The notes below the pieces were generated by a model. It searched no databases and was not told the origin of the DNA. It saw nothing but the letters and a program-made list of their open reading frames with translations. Positions 11,755-23,532 of a stretch of 64,000 bases of DNA are shown here, in pieces (the stretch's first letter is position 1; the number at the start of each line of letters is the position of its first letter). The translations under genes were made by a program, and so were the position numbers. The stretch covers positions 63,922,001 to 63,986,000 of the forward strand of contig CM060733.1 of assembly GCA_030704615.1 (NCBI GenBank). Direction: 5' to 3'. This stretch comes from Takakia lepidozioides (lineage: Eukaryota; Plantae; Bryophyta).

Positions 11755-13194
11755 TAGTTTGCAATGCGTGTGCAAGCCTGGCTTCACACGCAAGCTCTGG
11801 AGAAGGGCAAAGAGGTCCATGGCAACATTGTCAGAGCTACAATTGTACCACATGTCATTCTGAACAATAGCCTCATGGACATGTCTGAAGGGAGTGTTCG
11901 ACAGTATGGCGCCTGAACAAGATGTGGGTGTCGTGGAGTGCGATGATTGCAGGATATGCACAGCGAGGGCGTGGGATGGAGGCTTTTTGAGAACTATGAG
12001 CAAATGATGTGCGAAAGGGTGAAACCCAACCACATCACATTTGTTTGTGTTTGCAATGCGTGTGCAAGCCTGGGAGCTCTGGGAAAGGGGAAAGAGGTCC
12101 ATGGTGACATCGTCAAAGCTGGGATTGTACCAGATGTCATCCTAAACTGACATGTTTGCCAAATGTGGGTGCATTCAGGATGCGAAGGGAGTATTCCACA
12201 CTCTGGTTGAACGAGATGTGGTGTTGTGGAACGCGATGCTTGCAGGGTATGCACAACAGGGGCACGAGATGGAGGCTTTGGAGACCTATGAGCAAATGAT
12301 GTGGGAAGGGTGAAGCCCGACCACATCAGGTTTGTATGCGTTTGCACTGCGTGTGCAAGCCTGGCAGCCCTGGAAAATGGCAAAGAGGCGCATGGTTGCA
12401 TCGCCAAAGCTGAAATTGTACCAGATTTGATTCCCTGTGGATCAATAGCTACAAGAAACCTGCATGGGTAGATGGTCAACTAAAGGCTGCAGCTAAAGCG
12501 GCATAGTTGATAAAACCAGACACCTCAACCATGACCACAACTTCTGAAAGAGGATCAAGAGAGGGAGTCCACAATGCCTCTTCTTGCTGCACTTCTGGGC
12601 ATGTGAAGATGCTTTGCGGTAGGCAAACTGACAAAGGCTCTACAAACTTTAAACCAATGAGACATTTCAGCAGATTCAGGTACGTATGTCTGTCTCTTGC
12701 TTAAGTGCATCAAGATGGAAGGTCTGGAAGCTGGAAAGCAGGTGCACACTCACATTATCCAAAGTGGATTCACGCCAAATGTTTTTCTACTCATCTCTAT
12801 GTATATTAAGTGCAAGAGCATCATGGATGCTCACCAAGTGTTTAACAGAATGCCTCAACGATCTTTGATCACGTGGAATATGTTGGCAGGATTTACCAAG
12901 CATGAGTGTGGTAGGAATGCTTTGGAGACCTATGAGCAAATGTTGCGCAAAGGGGTGAAGCCCAACCAGATCACATTTGTTTATGTTTGCAATGTGTGTG
13001 CAAGCATGGGAGCTCTGGAAAAGGGGAAAGAGGTCCATGGTGACTTCGTCAAAGCTGGAAAGGTACCAAATGTCATTCTGAACACTGCCCTGGTGGACAT
13101 GTATGCCAAATGTGGGTGCATTAAGGATGCGAAGGGAGTTTTCAACACTATGGCTGAACATTTTGTGGTGTCGTGGAACACGATGCTTGCAGGG
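11755..13194 (+). pseudogene. PLS-PPR pseudogene with a PDF remnant (about 12430-12500), interrupted by the hAT insertion and resuming at 27225
   Basis: ORF 12697..13212: GKQVHTHIIQSGF.. MYIKCKSIMDAHQVFNRM.. [36 protein letters not shown]; after the insertion the reading resumes as ttgcagggtatgcacag (LAGYAQ). Confidence 0.9.
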
Positions 13195-13414
13195 TCTAGT
13201 TATATGACGTGACGTGGCGCTGTCACGTCGGTCACGTCGGCCGTCACGTCACGTCGAATCCGGACGTTTATCCATGTAATTCTTTTTACATTTGACTTTT
13301 ACGATTTACTTCTACCATTTGTAATGACATGCAGGCACGGTGTAAAACAGACATGGCCAATTATTAATATTTATTAATTTTTTAATAAAAATGTGTCCGC
13401 CTATATTGGCAGTC

Positions 13415-14075
13415 ACATATAATTTATTATTTTTACAATAAAAGCGACCGCCCATATTGGCGGTCGCTTGTATTTTATTACATTTTAAAATAAGCGACCG
13501 CCTACATTGGCGGTCGGTTGAAGTTTATTATGTTTTAAATGAAGCGACCGCCCAGATTGGCGGTCGCCCGCACTTTATTATATTATTATTATATCTTTGA
13601 TATATTCTGTAAAAATAGCTATATATATGGCTATATATATATTTTTATAGCTATATATATATATTAAATTTAGCGACCGGCATTTAGCAGCGGTCGCTTA
13701 TTTTTATTTTTATTCTTAAATAAAGCGACCGCCGTTTGGCGGTCGCTTCTTCAGTTAATTTTTGAAAAATGCAGCGACCGCCATTTGGCGGCCGTCGCTA
13801 TTTTTGTTAATAAAGAATACAACGACCGCCATTTGGAGGCGGTAGCTCGATTTGATTTTTGATTCTTAAATTATGCGACCGCCGTTTGGCGGTCGCTTAC
13901 TTAATATATTTTTTTAAATGAAGCGACCGCCATTTAACGGCGGTCGCTTATTTATATTTTGAATCTTGAATTAAGCGACCGCCACTAGGCGGTCGCTTAT
14001 TTAATTTTTTTTTTTACAAAGCAGCGACCGCCATGAGGCGGTCGCTTTTCTTGTTTTTATAAATATAGCGACCGG
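13415..14075. repeat. Left subterminal array of GCGACCGCC-N(3-6)-GGCGGTCGC palindromes with AT-rich spacers
   Basis: Roughly a dozen units, e.g. aagcgaccgcccatattggcggtcgctt and aagcgaccgccgtttggcggtcgctt, at about 45-60 bp spacing. Confidence 0.9.
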
Positions 14076-14304
14076 CCGTGTGGCGTTTTGTTTTTAATTT
14101 TTAATCATGAAGCGGCGTCTGGCCAGCCACGTGGCGAGGTGCTACAGGTCAGGAAAAACGAAACAAATGGGATGGGGGGAGGTGGTTTTAAACCCTTGAC
14201 CTCTCCCATGTGAGTGCGCGTGGCGAGGTGCGACTGGACAGTCGCGCCGCGCCGACACGTGGCGAGGCGCCATTGGCCTGTCACGTCTTTTCAAGCATAA
14301 TGCC

Positions 14305-14336
<32 letters not shown>

Positions 14337-14475
14337 GCTGGTGGGCGCCTATATAAACCATTCCTCCCTCCTATACTGATCACTTTTTGCCTCTCTTGTG
14401 GTGCGGTTCCTTGGCATCCGGTAGTTGTTTCGGGCTTCGTTTTGGCATTGCTAACGAGAGGTGCAAAGATGATTA

Positions 14476-15307
14476 TTGGGGGGGGGGAGGTTTTGTCGGT
14501 CCAAAAATCCAGAAAATGCGTTGAGACAACATAACGACGAGTGTTTGGCAGTAAAGTTCCAGCATCCGGGTGTTATCTCGTATTTTGCTGTGAATGCACG
14601 TGAGGTAGAGGGTTACACTCGCTGGTGGAATGGGGGGACAATATGCGACATGATGAACCTTGACGGAAAATGAGGCAACGATTCGGACAACAGGGTGATT
14701 TTGGAACAAAGGGGAACGGAAACAGAGTTCCAGGAATGCGATCGCTTGCTTCGTTTCTAGAAAATGCGCAGTAAACTTGCATGGGCACTGGTGTGCATCA
14801 TGGATGCTGTCCACAAGAACGGTGTTCTGCACAACGACTTGTCCCTCGACAACATCTTGTTGCATTTTTCAAATGGCACCGAGGAGATCAAGATTGGGGT
14901 GTGTGATTGGGGCTTAGCCACCCCATTGGGCGTACGCAAAGCCTCGTCGTACCAGTTTGAAAACCAAGACAAGCTGGACCAGGAACTTGCGAAAAGATGG
15001 TGGGTGGAAAAAGATATTGCATCGATTTTCAATGCGAATGTCATGCCCCCCCCAGGACATGATGTCGGAGGCCTTTGCCGTTGGGAAGATAGCAGTACGA
15101 ATAAATGGCGACGCTCATTATGATCAAAGTATGTTCCAGGACCAATTTACGGGAGGTTGTTGGCATTCAATGCTACAAAGGTTGTACGACAACAACAAGA
15201 ATAAAAGAGCCACATTAGCCCATGTAGTACTTCGGTTCATGGGCAAGCCATTCAATTGGCCTGAGCCGAAAGACGTATATAGGACGGAGGAGACCATAGT
15301 CTCGTAG
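14476..15307 (+). pseudogene. Protein kinase-domain pseudogene (hAT cargo)
   Basis: HPGV (subdomain IV), WWNGGT hinge, HNDLSLDNILL catalytic loop, IGVCDWGLA (DFG equivalent), then frameshifted SEAFAVG and KRAT. In-frame stops at 14671 and 14758. TATA-like tatataaa near 14350. Confidence 0.8.
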
Positions 15308-15373
15308 ATATAAGATTTTTGGCGGTACAATGGTTCTTTTATGAAGGCATAACTCAATTTTGATCGTACATAA

Positions 15374-15908
15374 GATAAATAAAATCCCATTGTAAATACT
15401 ACATTGCACATTCTCGACCCTGACACCTGTCATCGCAACATAAATGGTTTGTGTACTGGCTCACTGTTTATATTTGTAATGTTTCAAGGTTTTGGATAGG
15501 ATTATGAGAAAACGATGTATTAGTTCCGTAGGAGTTAGACAACAAACGTCTCCTCTCATTCAACTGTGCGACACTACCATGAGAGGCATGGATCGGAAAG
15601 TAATATGTGCACATGCGACCTCCGAACGTTTGATACTAGGTCTCTACTTAAACGTGCGGAGGTCGCATGTACACCTATGACTTTTTTATCCATGCCACTC
15701 ATGGTAGTGTCGCACAGTTGAATGAGATATGGAACGTTTGTTGTCTAATTCCTATGGATCCAATATATCATTTTCTCAGTACCCTGTCAGAAACATTGAA
15801 ACATTTGTAGTTATAAACAGTGCCACAATACACGGCCGGTTTTGTTGAAATGACATTTGTAAGATTCGAGCGTATGCAATTTATTATTTACAACGAAATT
15901 TTATTTAC
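15374..15908. repeat. Long fold-back (about 260-bp arms, very short loop near 15638)
   Basis: ctcattcaactgtgcgacactaccatgag pairs with ctcatggtagtgtcgcacagttgaatgag; acatgcgacctccg pairs with cggaggtcgcatgt; more diverged pairing continues out to taaataaaat / attttattta. Confidence 0.85.
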
Positions 15909-16444
15909 TCGGGGGACCAGTACTGCTGTTGGAGCGCAACTGATGGTGCAAGTTCTCTATTGATTGGAGCTGTCACAACCAATGTCAACAATCATATTTA
16001 CGGTAAGGTGTTTCATGCTATTGTTGTTCCTCTAGCTGAATTCTGTGGTACTTTTTTTGCTATTCCCATGCCAACGTCCTCTGAGACTGTCATGTTCAAA
16101 CGGACGTATCAGTCACCCCGGCTAGCTTGTAGGCTACAGCCATGGCCCACCATAAATTGAATGAATTGGAGATTTGTGCGAAGTTCCTGGTTTCATGTCC
16201 GTGGTGGTTGATACGGAATTCGGAATATGGCAGTCGCAGTGGACCTGATGTTGTTGGCATGGGAGTAGCAAAACGATTCATAAATAATTTAGCTACATGA
16301 ACATCGGCAGTATAAAACACCTTGAAGACAAAATTAGCTTTTAGGAACTATTTTGACACCTACTCAAACCTATTTAACGGGGGAAGGGTTTATAGTTACG
16401 TCTTATTAGAAAACCTCGTTTAGTGTTGCTCCGATTGTTGCAGA

Positions 16445-18781
16445 ATGGCAGAGGGCCAGGACGATGACCATCATGGAAGAGATGACCCCAATGAACATGG
16501 ACCGCCCCCTAAGAAAATCAAATGGTCAAGGCAAGACTTGAATTGGGAAGTATATGGTGACCCTATCATACTAGCAGAAGAGGGCTGGGACGATGTTCCG
16601 GAAGAGTTCCGGTGGCCGATGGTGACATGCAAAAAATTCTTAAAATGATACCACATCAATCGATTGTGGCCTTTGGATAGGCATGACGTGCAAACTCGAA
16701 ACAATTACGCAGAGTCCAGGTCTTGCACGAACTTGCATTTCCAGCATATGGCAAATGAGGTGCATTACACATTGTGGGATCAACCTCTCTTAAAGGGTCA
16801 AATCTCGTACACCTTGGCAGCCATGTTGTACGTGGAGGTCATACTCTTGCGTCCAGTGAATTGGCAAACTGCTAGTATGAGGAATGCAAGGTTACTATAC
16901 GATTTGGAGTACATCCCGGACACGTTCGGAATTCAACCGGCTGCAACGTTAGAGGAACAACTGGCGAAAAGAGACTAGCGAATCAGGACCCTGCAGGACC
17001 GACTAGATTGGCAAACACTGCGCATAGCCAAATTGGAAGCTAGATTGCAAGACATGCCTCCAAACAATGAAGGCACTGTTGTCCACAATGAGGATCGAAC
17101 AAACGTCGTGGACATGGACGCGAAGTTTGTGATGCCCGATCGCAGTATTGACCTCATCATTCAGGAAATTACGAACGTCCTTGACCTTGTGGTCGATGAA
17201 ACCATGGTTGAGGAACAACGAATTGCAGATGAGAGAAGGAGGAAAGGAAAAGAACCAGTACTGGAAACCGGGGAATACTCAAGGGTTGCCATTCAATCGG
17301 AGATGAACCCGATATTAGATGTCGACCGCGTTACAAAAGAGCGGGACATTGCCATGGCAACTGCATGGCGCTTGTCCAAAACGCTGGAGATTCGGGCATG
17401 GGTCCCATTGAATGGCGATTGGGAGCATTGGGTATAATGGGCGACCCATTTGGCCTCTAGAGAAGCACGGGTAGAGTGGGCACTGTCAGACTTGCAATGT
17501 GTCGCACGCATGTCGAACCGTAGCGTGGATAACATTTATGCCAACATGCAAAGATATAACGATCTCTGCATCGCATCAAGCGTGTTCGCCCGGTATAGCA
17601 ATTGGGCAGATGTGGATTCTATGTTCGATCGATGTGAGCACAGAATTTCGGGGTCGAACAGAAGCATAAACTGGGAATTGGAGATAGAGGAAGAGTGGAA
17701 CACCACAACAAGGATGACCAGCCACATCAAACCGGCCCAGAGGGAGGAGATACCACGAGGCATTTTGTCGTCATAGATATCAGATGGCACAGTTTGTTCG
17801 ATGTGTAGGAATCCATACGACCCAGAGGGATGTCATGTGCTTGGATCATGTGGACATATGTTCCATCTCACATGTCTTATCTCGCAAGCCTTGCGGACGA
17901 GCGCTTGCCCAGAATGTCGTACATCAATCCATTGCTGTTTCTATGAGCTGGTGGGCTTGGAGGATCGGATGCCCATAGGTTTTGAATACAATCGACACAA
18001 CCTCCAATTGGATGGGCTACCATACACATCTCTGAATTGTGTGCATCGGGGCAAGAACTTGGTATGGGATGCAGACAGAGAGATGCATGGCATACATGTC
18101 GGAAACCCGACATACATCAAAGATCCCCAGTATTTCTGGATCACATCTGATTGGGAGATAACCATACGTGCAGGAGGCATTCGAGATTGGTGGGAGAAAG
18201 AGCAGTTTTGCCGCAATCTGGGAGGGCATTGGAGTCAAAGAAAGTCCAGGTTTATCCGGCTCCCACAGGTTCCATGGGTGCCGGAGGAGAACGAATTGTA
18301 TGACCGACAACCGATTGGGAGACATTTGTTGTTGTCCGAACTGGAAGATGTTATAATATGTCAACGCCGAATGAATGATGCGTACGAGGCGGCTTATTAT
18401 CGAAACGACACGATGATTAGGGACATGGCCCGCGAGATGCAGTTGGAAAGTTTTAAAAGTACCATCACAGTTGTAGAGAAATGGAGGCGACTATGGACAG
18501 ACCGTTATCATCGTGTTTCGGGGGCTGTATTGCCAGATGTGGATGGCCTCGTTGCCAATTTGCATGCAGCCCGAGCACTTGTTCTCGATCCACCTCCGCC
18601 ACGTCGTGAGAGTGAAGAAGAAAATCAACTTTCGCCACGAAGTAGGCGGATGCAGGCCAGAATTGATCACATGTCATTGGGCCCATCATTGACCACGAGA
18701 TCACGGTCGCAAGCTCTGGCAATTGGCAGTGCAAATCAGGCCACAACATCAAATTCCACATCCTTGGACAGTGACGACTAG
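16445..18781 (+). pseudogene. About 779-codon coiled-coil + RING-H2 protein pseudogene (hAT cargo; putative E3 ligase)
   Basis: ORFs at 16445, 16664, 17033, 17450 and 17801 share one frame, separated only by single stops (16646 TGA, 16976 TAG, 17435 TAA, 17774 TAG). RING-H2: CSMC..SCGHMFHLTC..CPEC. NLS-like PPPKKIK near the N terminus; heptad-like LEEQLAKRD.RIRTLQDRL. Confidence 0.8.
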
Positions 18782-19224
18782 ACTTTTAATGACTGGCAAC
18801 GTAGTATATATACAATATGCATTTTTGTTGTACCTTGAATATTGTTGGAAAACACAGTGATGGCATTCCGCCAAGTTTGTATATCACCAATTTTGTTAAT
18901 ACACAATGCACATGTGCGGCACCTGCCAATTTCAATTGCATGAGCAGCGTTTTCTTCACATTTACACTCATGTGATAGGGAAGAAGTAGTTCACCCTGTA
19001 AACAGATTTACAATGGTGTCATATTTGGTCATGACGTGTATGTGGGTATTTGCAATGAACTCCGAAAGCTGGAGAACAAGGAAAATCGATGTTAACCAAT
19101 AAGTTATAACGAGTTACGAACGGTCGTCTTCCAAACAAATTTCGCCTGGTCCCTGCGTATTTCATAATCATTTCGCAAAATCTATGATCTTTCTACGAAC
19201 ATACCCACAAAGTTCTCAAAGCAC

Positions 19225-20640
19225 AAAATAATTTCGATTGATCTCATATTACACTGGGACGTATCAGAGGGTACATTGAACACATTGGCCAAGTTTCAAA
19301 ACGAACGAAAATCATTTGGATGAGCAACCATCCATTGGCCCATTGAATGAATTTTGATTGATCTCATATTACTCTGGGGCCTCTTACAGGGCACATTGAA
19401 CATAGTGGCTAAGTCTCAATGCAAACCAAAATCATTTCGATGGCCAACCATCCGTTGAGCCATCGAATGAATTTCGATTGATCTGATATTGGTCCGGGAC
19501 CTGTGAGAGGGTGTCTCGAACGTGCTGGCAAAGTTTGGAAGCTAACAAAAATGATTTGGATGGGCAAACATCCGTTCACCCGTTGAATGTATTCCGTTGG
19601 AGCTGCTATTGCTTTGGGACCTGTTGGACTATGTTTTGCATGCACACGATTTTTTTTTTCATTCCGTTTTTAAATGGGGCGTGTAATGTAGCCTTATGCA
19701 ACATGCGTGCCAAATTTGGTAGCGATCAAAATTCATTTGGACCCAAAACCACAGTTTCTTCCCTGTTTTGCACTCCAAACTTGATTTGTGTTCTACTGCA
19801 TGCACTCTTTATAGAGAGTCATGCAATAGTGAGCGAAGAGAACACTTTTTTTTTGGGGGTATTTTTTATTGGTCCAAATTTTGGCAGGGGAGTACTGGAA
19901 GCCGCAAAAAAAAAAAATTGAGCCAAAAACAAAATCGATACGTGCCAGAAACCCCCACTGAAAGGCAGTGCAAACCTATTTATTGGCTTAAAATAATTGT
20001 AAATTCAATTAAATTGTGGAATGGCTTGAGGGGGGAGCGCATCGATGGGGAGGCAAATGATTTATTCATCTGTTGTGTCGCACACATGTTCAAGCACATG
20101 CGGGCAAAAGAGGGGCTTCAACCACATCCGTTCAATGGGTGCAATAGCCGTGCACGCATTGCAGGATTTTTTTTTCGCATTGAACAAAAACCAGATGACA
20201 AGTGAACGCCTCATTGGACAATTGAACGATTTTCGATTGATCTCGTATTACACTGGGATATATCAGATGGTACATTGAACACACTGGCCAAGTTTCAAAG
20301 CGAACGAAAATCATTTGGATGAGCAACCATCCGTTGGCCCATTGAACAAATTTCGATTGATCTCATATTACTCTGGGGCCTCTTACATGGCACATTGAAC
20401 ATAGTGGCCAAGTCTCAAAGTGAAACAAAACCATTTCAATGGCCAACCATCCGTTGAGTCATCGAATGAATTTCGATTGATCTGATATTAGTCCGGGACC
20501 TGATACATGGTATGTTGAACATAGTGACAAAGATTTAAAGCAAACGAAAATCATTTGGATGGGCAACCATTCAATCGCCCATTGAATGAATGGGGTTTCA
20601 TCTTCGATTATACTGGGACATGTTACATGGTATGCCCTTT
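19225..20640. repeat. Two blocks of about 120-bp tandem units (19225-19590 and 20225-20640)
   Basis: Recurrent ttcgattgatctcatattac..ggg...acattgaaca...ggccaagtttcaa...aaaatcatttggatg.gcaaccatcc. Confidence 0.8.
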
Positions 20641-20649
20641 GAAGCTCTT

Positions 20650-20935
20650 TTTGTAGTGTCTCTTGCCTCGTAATGCGGTGCTTCTCCATGTCCACTTTAT
20701 CCAATATGTTAATGTTCTCCATCTGGAACAGATCCCCATATGTGTGCAGAAATCCTTAAGAAAACAAATGACCATCTCAACTTTTATAAGCCTCATCCCC
20801 AGCTTCCAGTTTTGATGGTCATTTGGTTTTTTAAGTTATATACGCATGTGTGGATATGTTCAGATGGAAGATATTAACATTGGAAAAATAAGAGTTGGAG
20901 AAACACCTCATTACGAAGCAAAAGACATTACATAA
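20650..20935. repeat. Second fold-back inside the hAT (about 130-bp arms)
   Basis: gtagtgtctcttgcctcgtaatgcggtgcttctcca pairs with tggagaaacacctcattacgaagcaaaagacattac; caaatgaccatc pairs with gatggtcatttg; loop about 20782-20807. Confidence 0.8.
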
Positions 20936-21509
20936 GACCTCAACATGTTGAACATCTGGATGAAGAACCTTGCCCATCGTCGCTTCAAAGTTCTAGCGCT
21001 TATCAAATGATCACATGTTTGTTGGTGGAAGCAGATCTCGTAGGCCACATTGATCTCGTACCCATCGAAGACTCCCGTAGGCCACATGGAACGGTTCATA
21101 TGATATATTTTCACAAATGCGATGTGATACATTTGTGAAATGGTATCACATCAATCGTTTAATGTGGCCAATGCACGTCTTCCGCACCATGGCGGAAATG
21201 TTCACCACTTGAAAACACAAACACAAATAATCCGTGCAAACAATCTCAAGAATCAGAATAATATGATCCTGGAAGCTAGAGGAGGGCCTATGGGAGCATT
21301 CTGCAACGACCTCACAGAAATCGCGGCAAAAAATACCTCCCACCCAACCAATGGCCTCCTTCTCTACGTGACTACGTGTCGTGGAATAATGAAATGCCAC
21401 GCACACAGAAGTTGTGTGGAGAGGAAGTGAGGGGAGAATAAGCCTCTCTTGGCTTATATCCTCCCCGCCCCCTCCCTCATTCCTCGGGCCACGTGCAGGG
21501 CGAATCTTA

Positions 21510-23150
21510 TAGAAGCGACCGCCAACTTGGCGGTCGCTCCATTTTCCGGAAAATAAAAAAATAAGTGACTGCCAGGACTGGCGGTCGCTCCATTTTCCGG
21601 ATAAATAAATAAACTGCGACTGCCAGAACTGGCGGTCGCTCCATATCCCGAAAATAAAATAAATAAGCGACCGCCAACATAGGCGGTCGCTTCATTTTCA
21701 AAAAATTTAAAATAAAAGCGACCGCCAGTAATGGCGGTCGCTTGATTTTCAGAAAAATTAAAATAAAAGCGACCGCCAGGCATGGCAGTTGCTTGATTTT
21801 CAAAACAATTAAAATAAAAGCGACCGCCAGTCATGGCGGTCGCTCCATTTCCAACAACATTTTAATAAAAGCGATCGCCAGTAGTGGCGGTCGCTGGATT
21901 TACAAAAAACAAAATAATTGCGGCGACCGCTCGTAATGGCGGTCGCTCGATTTTCCTCCAAAATATAGAGAAGCAACCGCCTGTAATGGCGGTCGCTTCA
22001 TTTTCATTTTCAAAACAATTAAAACAAAAGCGACCGCCACAAATGGCGGTCGTTCCATTTCCAACCAAATTTTTAAAAAAACGACCGCCACTAATGGCAG
22101 TGGCTGCAATTTCAAAAAACAACAATACCGGCGACCTCCCCTAATGGCGGTCGCTCCATTTTCCTCCAAGAAACAAAAAAACGACCGCCAGTAATGGCGG
22201 TCGCTTCATTTCCAAAATAATTAAAATAAAAGTGACCGCCAGTATTGGCAGTCGTTTCATTTCCAAAATAACTAAAATAAAAGCAACCGCCAGTAATGGC
22301 GGTCGCCCCATTTCCAAAAATAAAAAAATAAAAGCGACCGCCAGTAATGGCGGTCGCCACATTTTGTAAAACAAAAACTGCCAGTAATGGAAGTGAGGGG
22401 AGAATGACTGCCCCCCCCCCCCCCCCCCCCTCATTCCTCGCTCCACGCGCACGTAGAGGCGACCGCCACCATGGCGGTCGCTCCATTTAAAAACAAAAAA
22501 AAACTTCAAACGACCGGAAGTGAGGGGAGAATGAGCCGGAGCTTATATGCCCCCCTCCCCCCACCTCACTCCTTGCTCCATGCGTAGGGCATACTTCGTA
22601 GAACTGACCGCCACCTTGGCGGTCGGTCCATTTTTATTTTCAAAACAATTAAAATAAAAACGACCGCCACCTTGGCAATCGGTCCATTTTCATTTTCAAA
22701 ACAATTAAAATAAAAACGACCGCCATAAATGGCGGTCGCTCCATTTCCAACCAAATTTCAATAAAAGCGCCTGCCACTAATGGCGGTCGCTGCAATTACA
22801 AAAAACAACAATACCGGCGACCGCCCCTAATGGCGGTCGCTCCATTTTGCTCCAAAAAAACAAAAAAGTGACCGCCAGTAACGGCGGTCGCTTCATTTCC
22901 AAAATAATTAAACTAAAAGCGACCGCCAGTAATGGCGGTCGCTTTATTTCCAAAATTAAAAAAATAAAAGCGACCGCCATGTATATCCCTCCGCCCCCCC
23001 TCATTCCTCGCTCCACGCGTAGGACAGACCTCTAGAAGCGACCGCCACCTTCGCGGTCGCTCCATTTTTTTTTAAAAACGACCGTGTAATGACGGTCGCC
23101 CCATTTTCAAAAATAAAAAAATAAAAGCGACTGCCAGAAATGGCGGTCGG
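21510..23150. repeat. Internal array of the same GCGACCGCC..GGCGGTCGC palindromes
   Basis: Over 20 units such as aagcgaccgccagtaatggcggtcgctt, interspersed with ggaagtgaggggagaat and poly-C blocks; sub-blocks are duplicated. Confidence 0.9.
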
Positions 23151-23532
23151 GGAGAATGACTGGGAGCTTATATAAAATACTTATTAAATTTATTTACTAT
23201 TAATAATATACTATTACTATATTAATTAATAAATACTATATTAATGAATAGTATACAATTTATTTATAGTATTTTATTTAAATATTTTTATTTAAATAAA
23301 AATGAATGCACAGTTGGAAGCATGGCACAATTGTTCTCCATTCCACAAGCAAATCACCGAATACAAATATGAGCAAGTGACGGTGCATTTGGCTGGTATA
23401 CACATGGACAACATCTTTTATTTTCCAACACATACACAACAGCAATACAAATACTCATAGTGACAATGATCACATTGATATTATTTCACTACAGAAATAT
23501 AAACATGTCCACTAAAAAGTGCTGATGCATAC

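Noticed and set aside
12697-13212. Intact PPR gene
   Set aside because: Lacks a proper N terminus, has small deletions, and is cut by the hAT insertion at 13195.
16445-18781. Stops repaired by U-to-C RNA editing or read-through
   Set aside because: Reverse editing is known from organelles; this is nuclear transposon DNA, where methyl-C deamination explains the stops, and neighbouring genes also carry frameshifts.
21454-23035. ORFs with ATAITGGRFYF / KRPPLLAVAF repeats
   Set aside because: Translation artefacts of the palindrome array, open in several frames on both strands.
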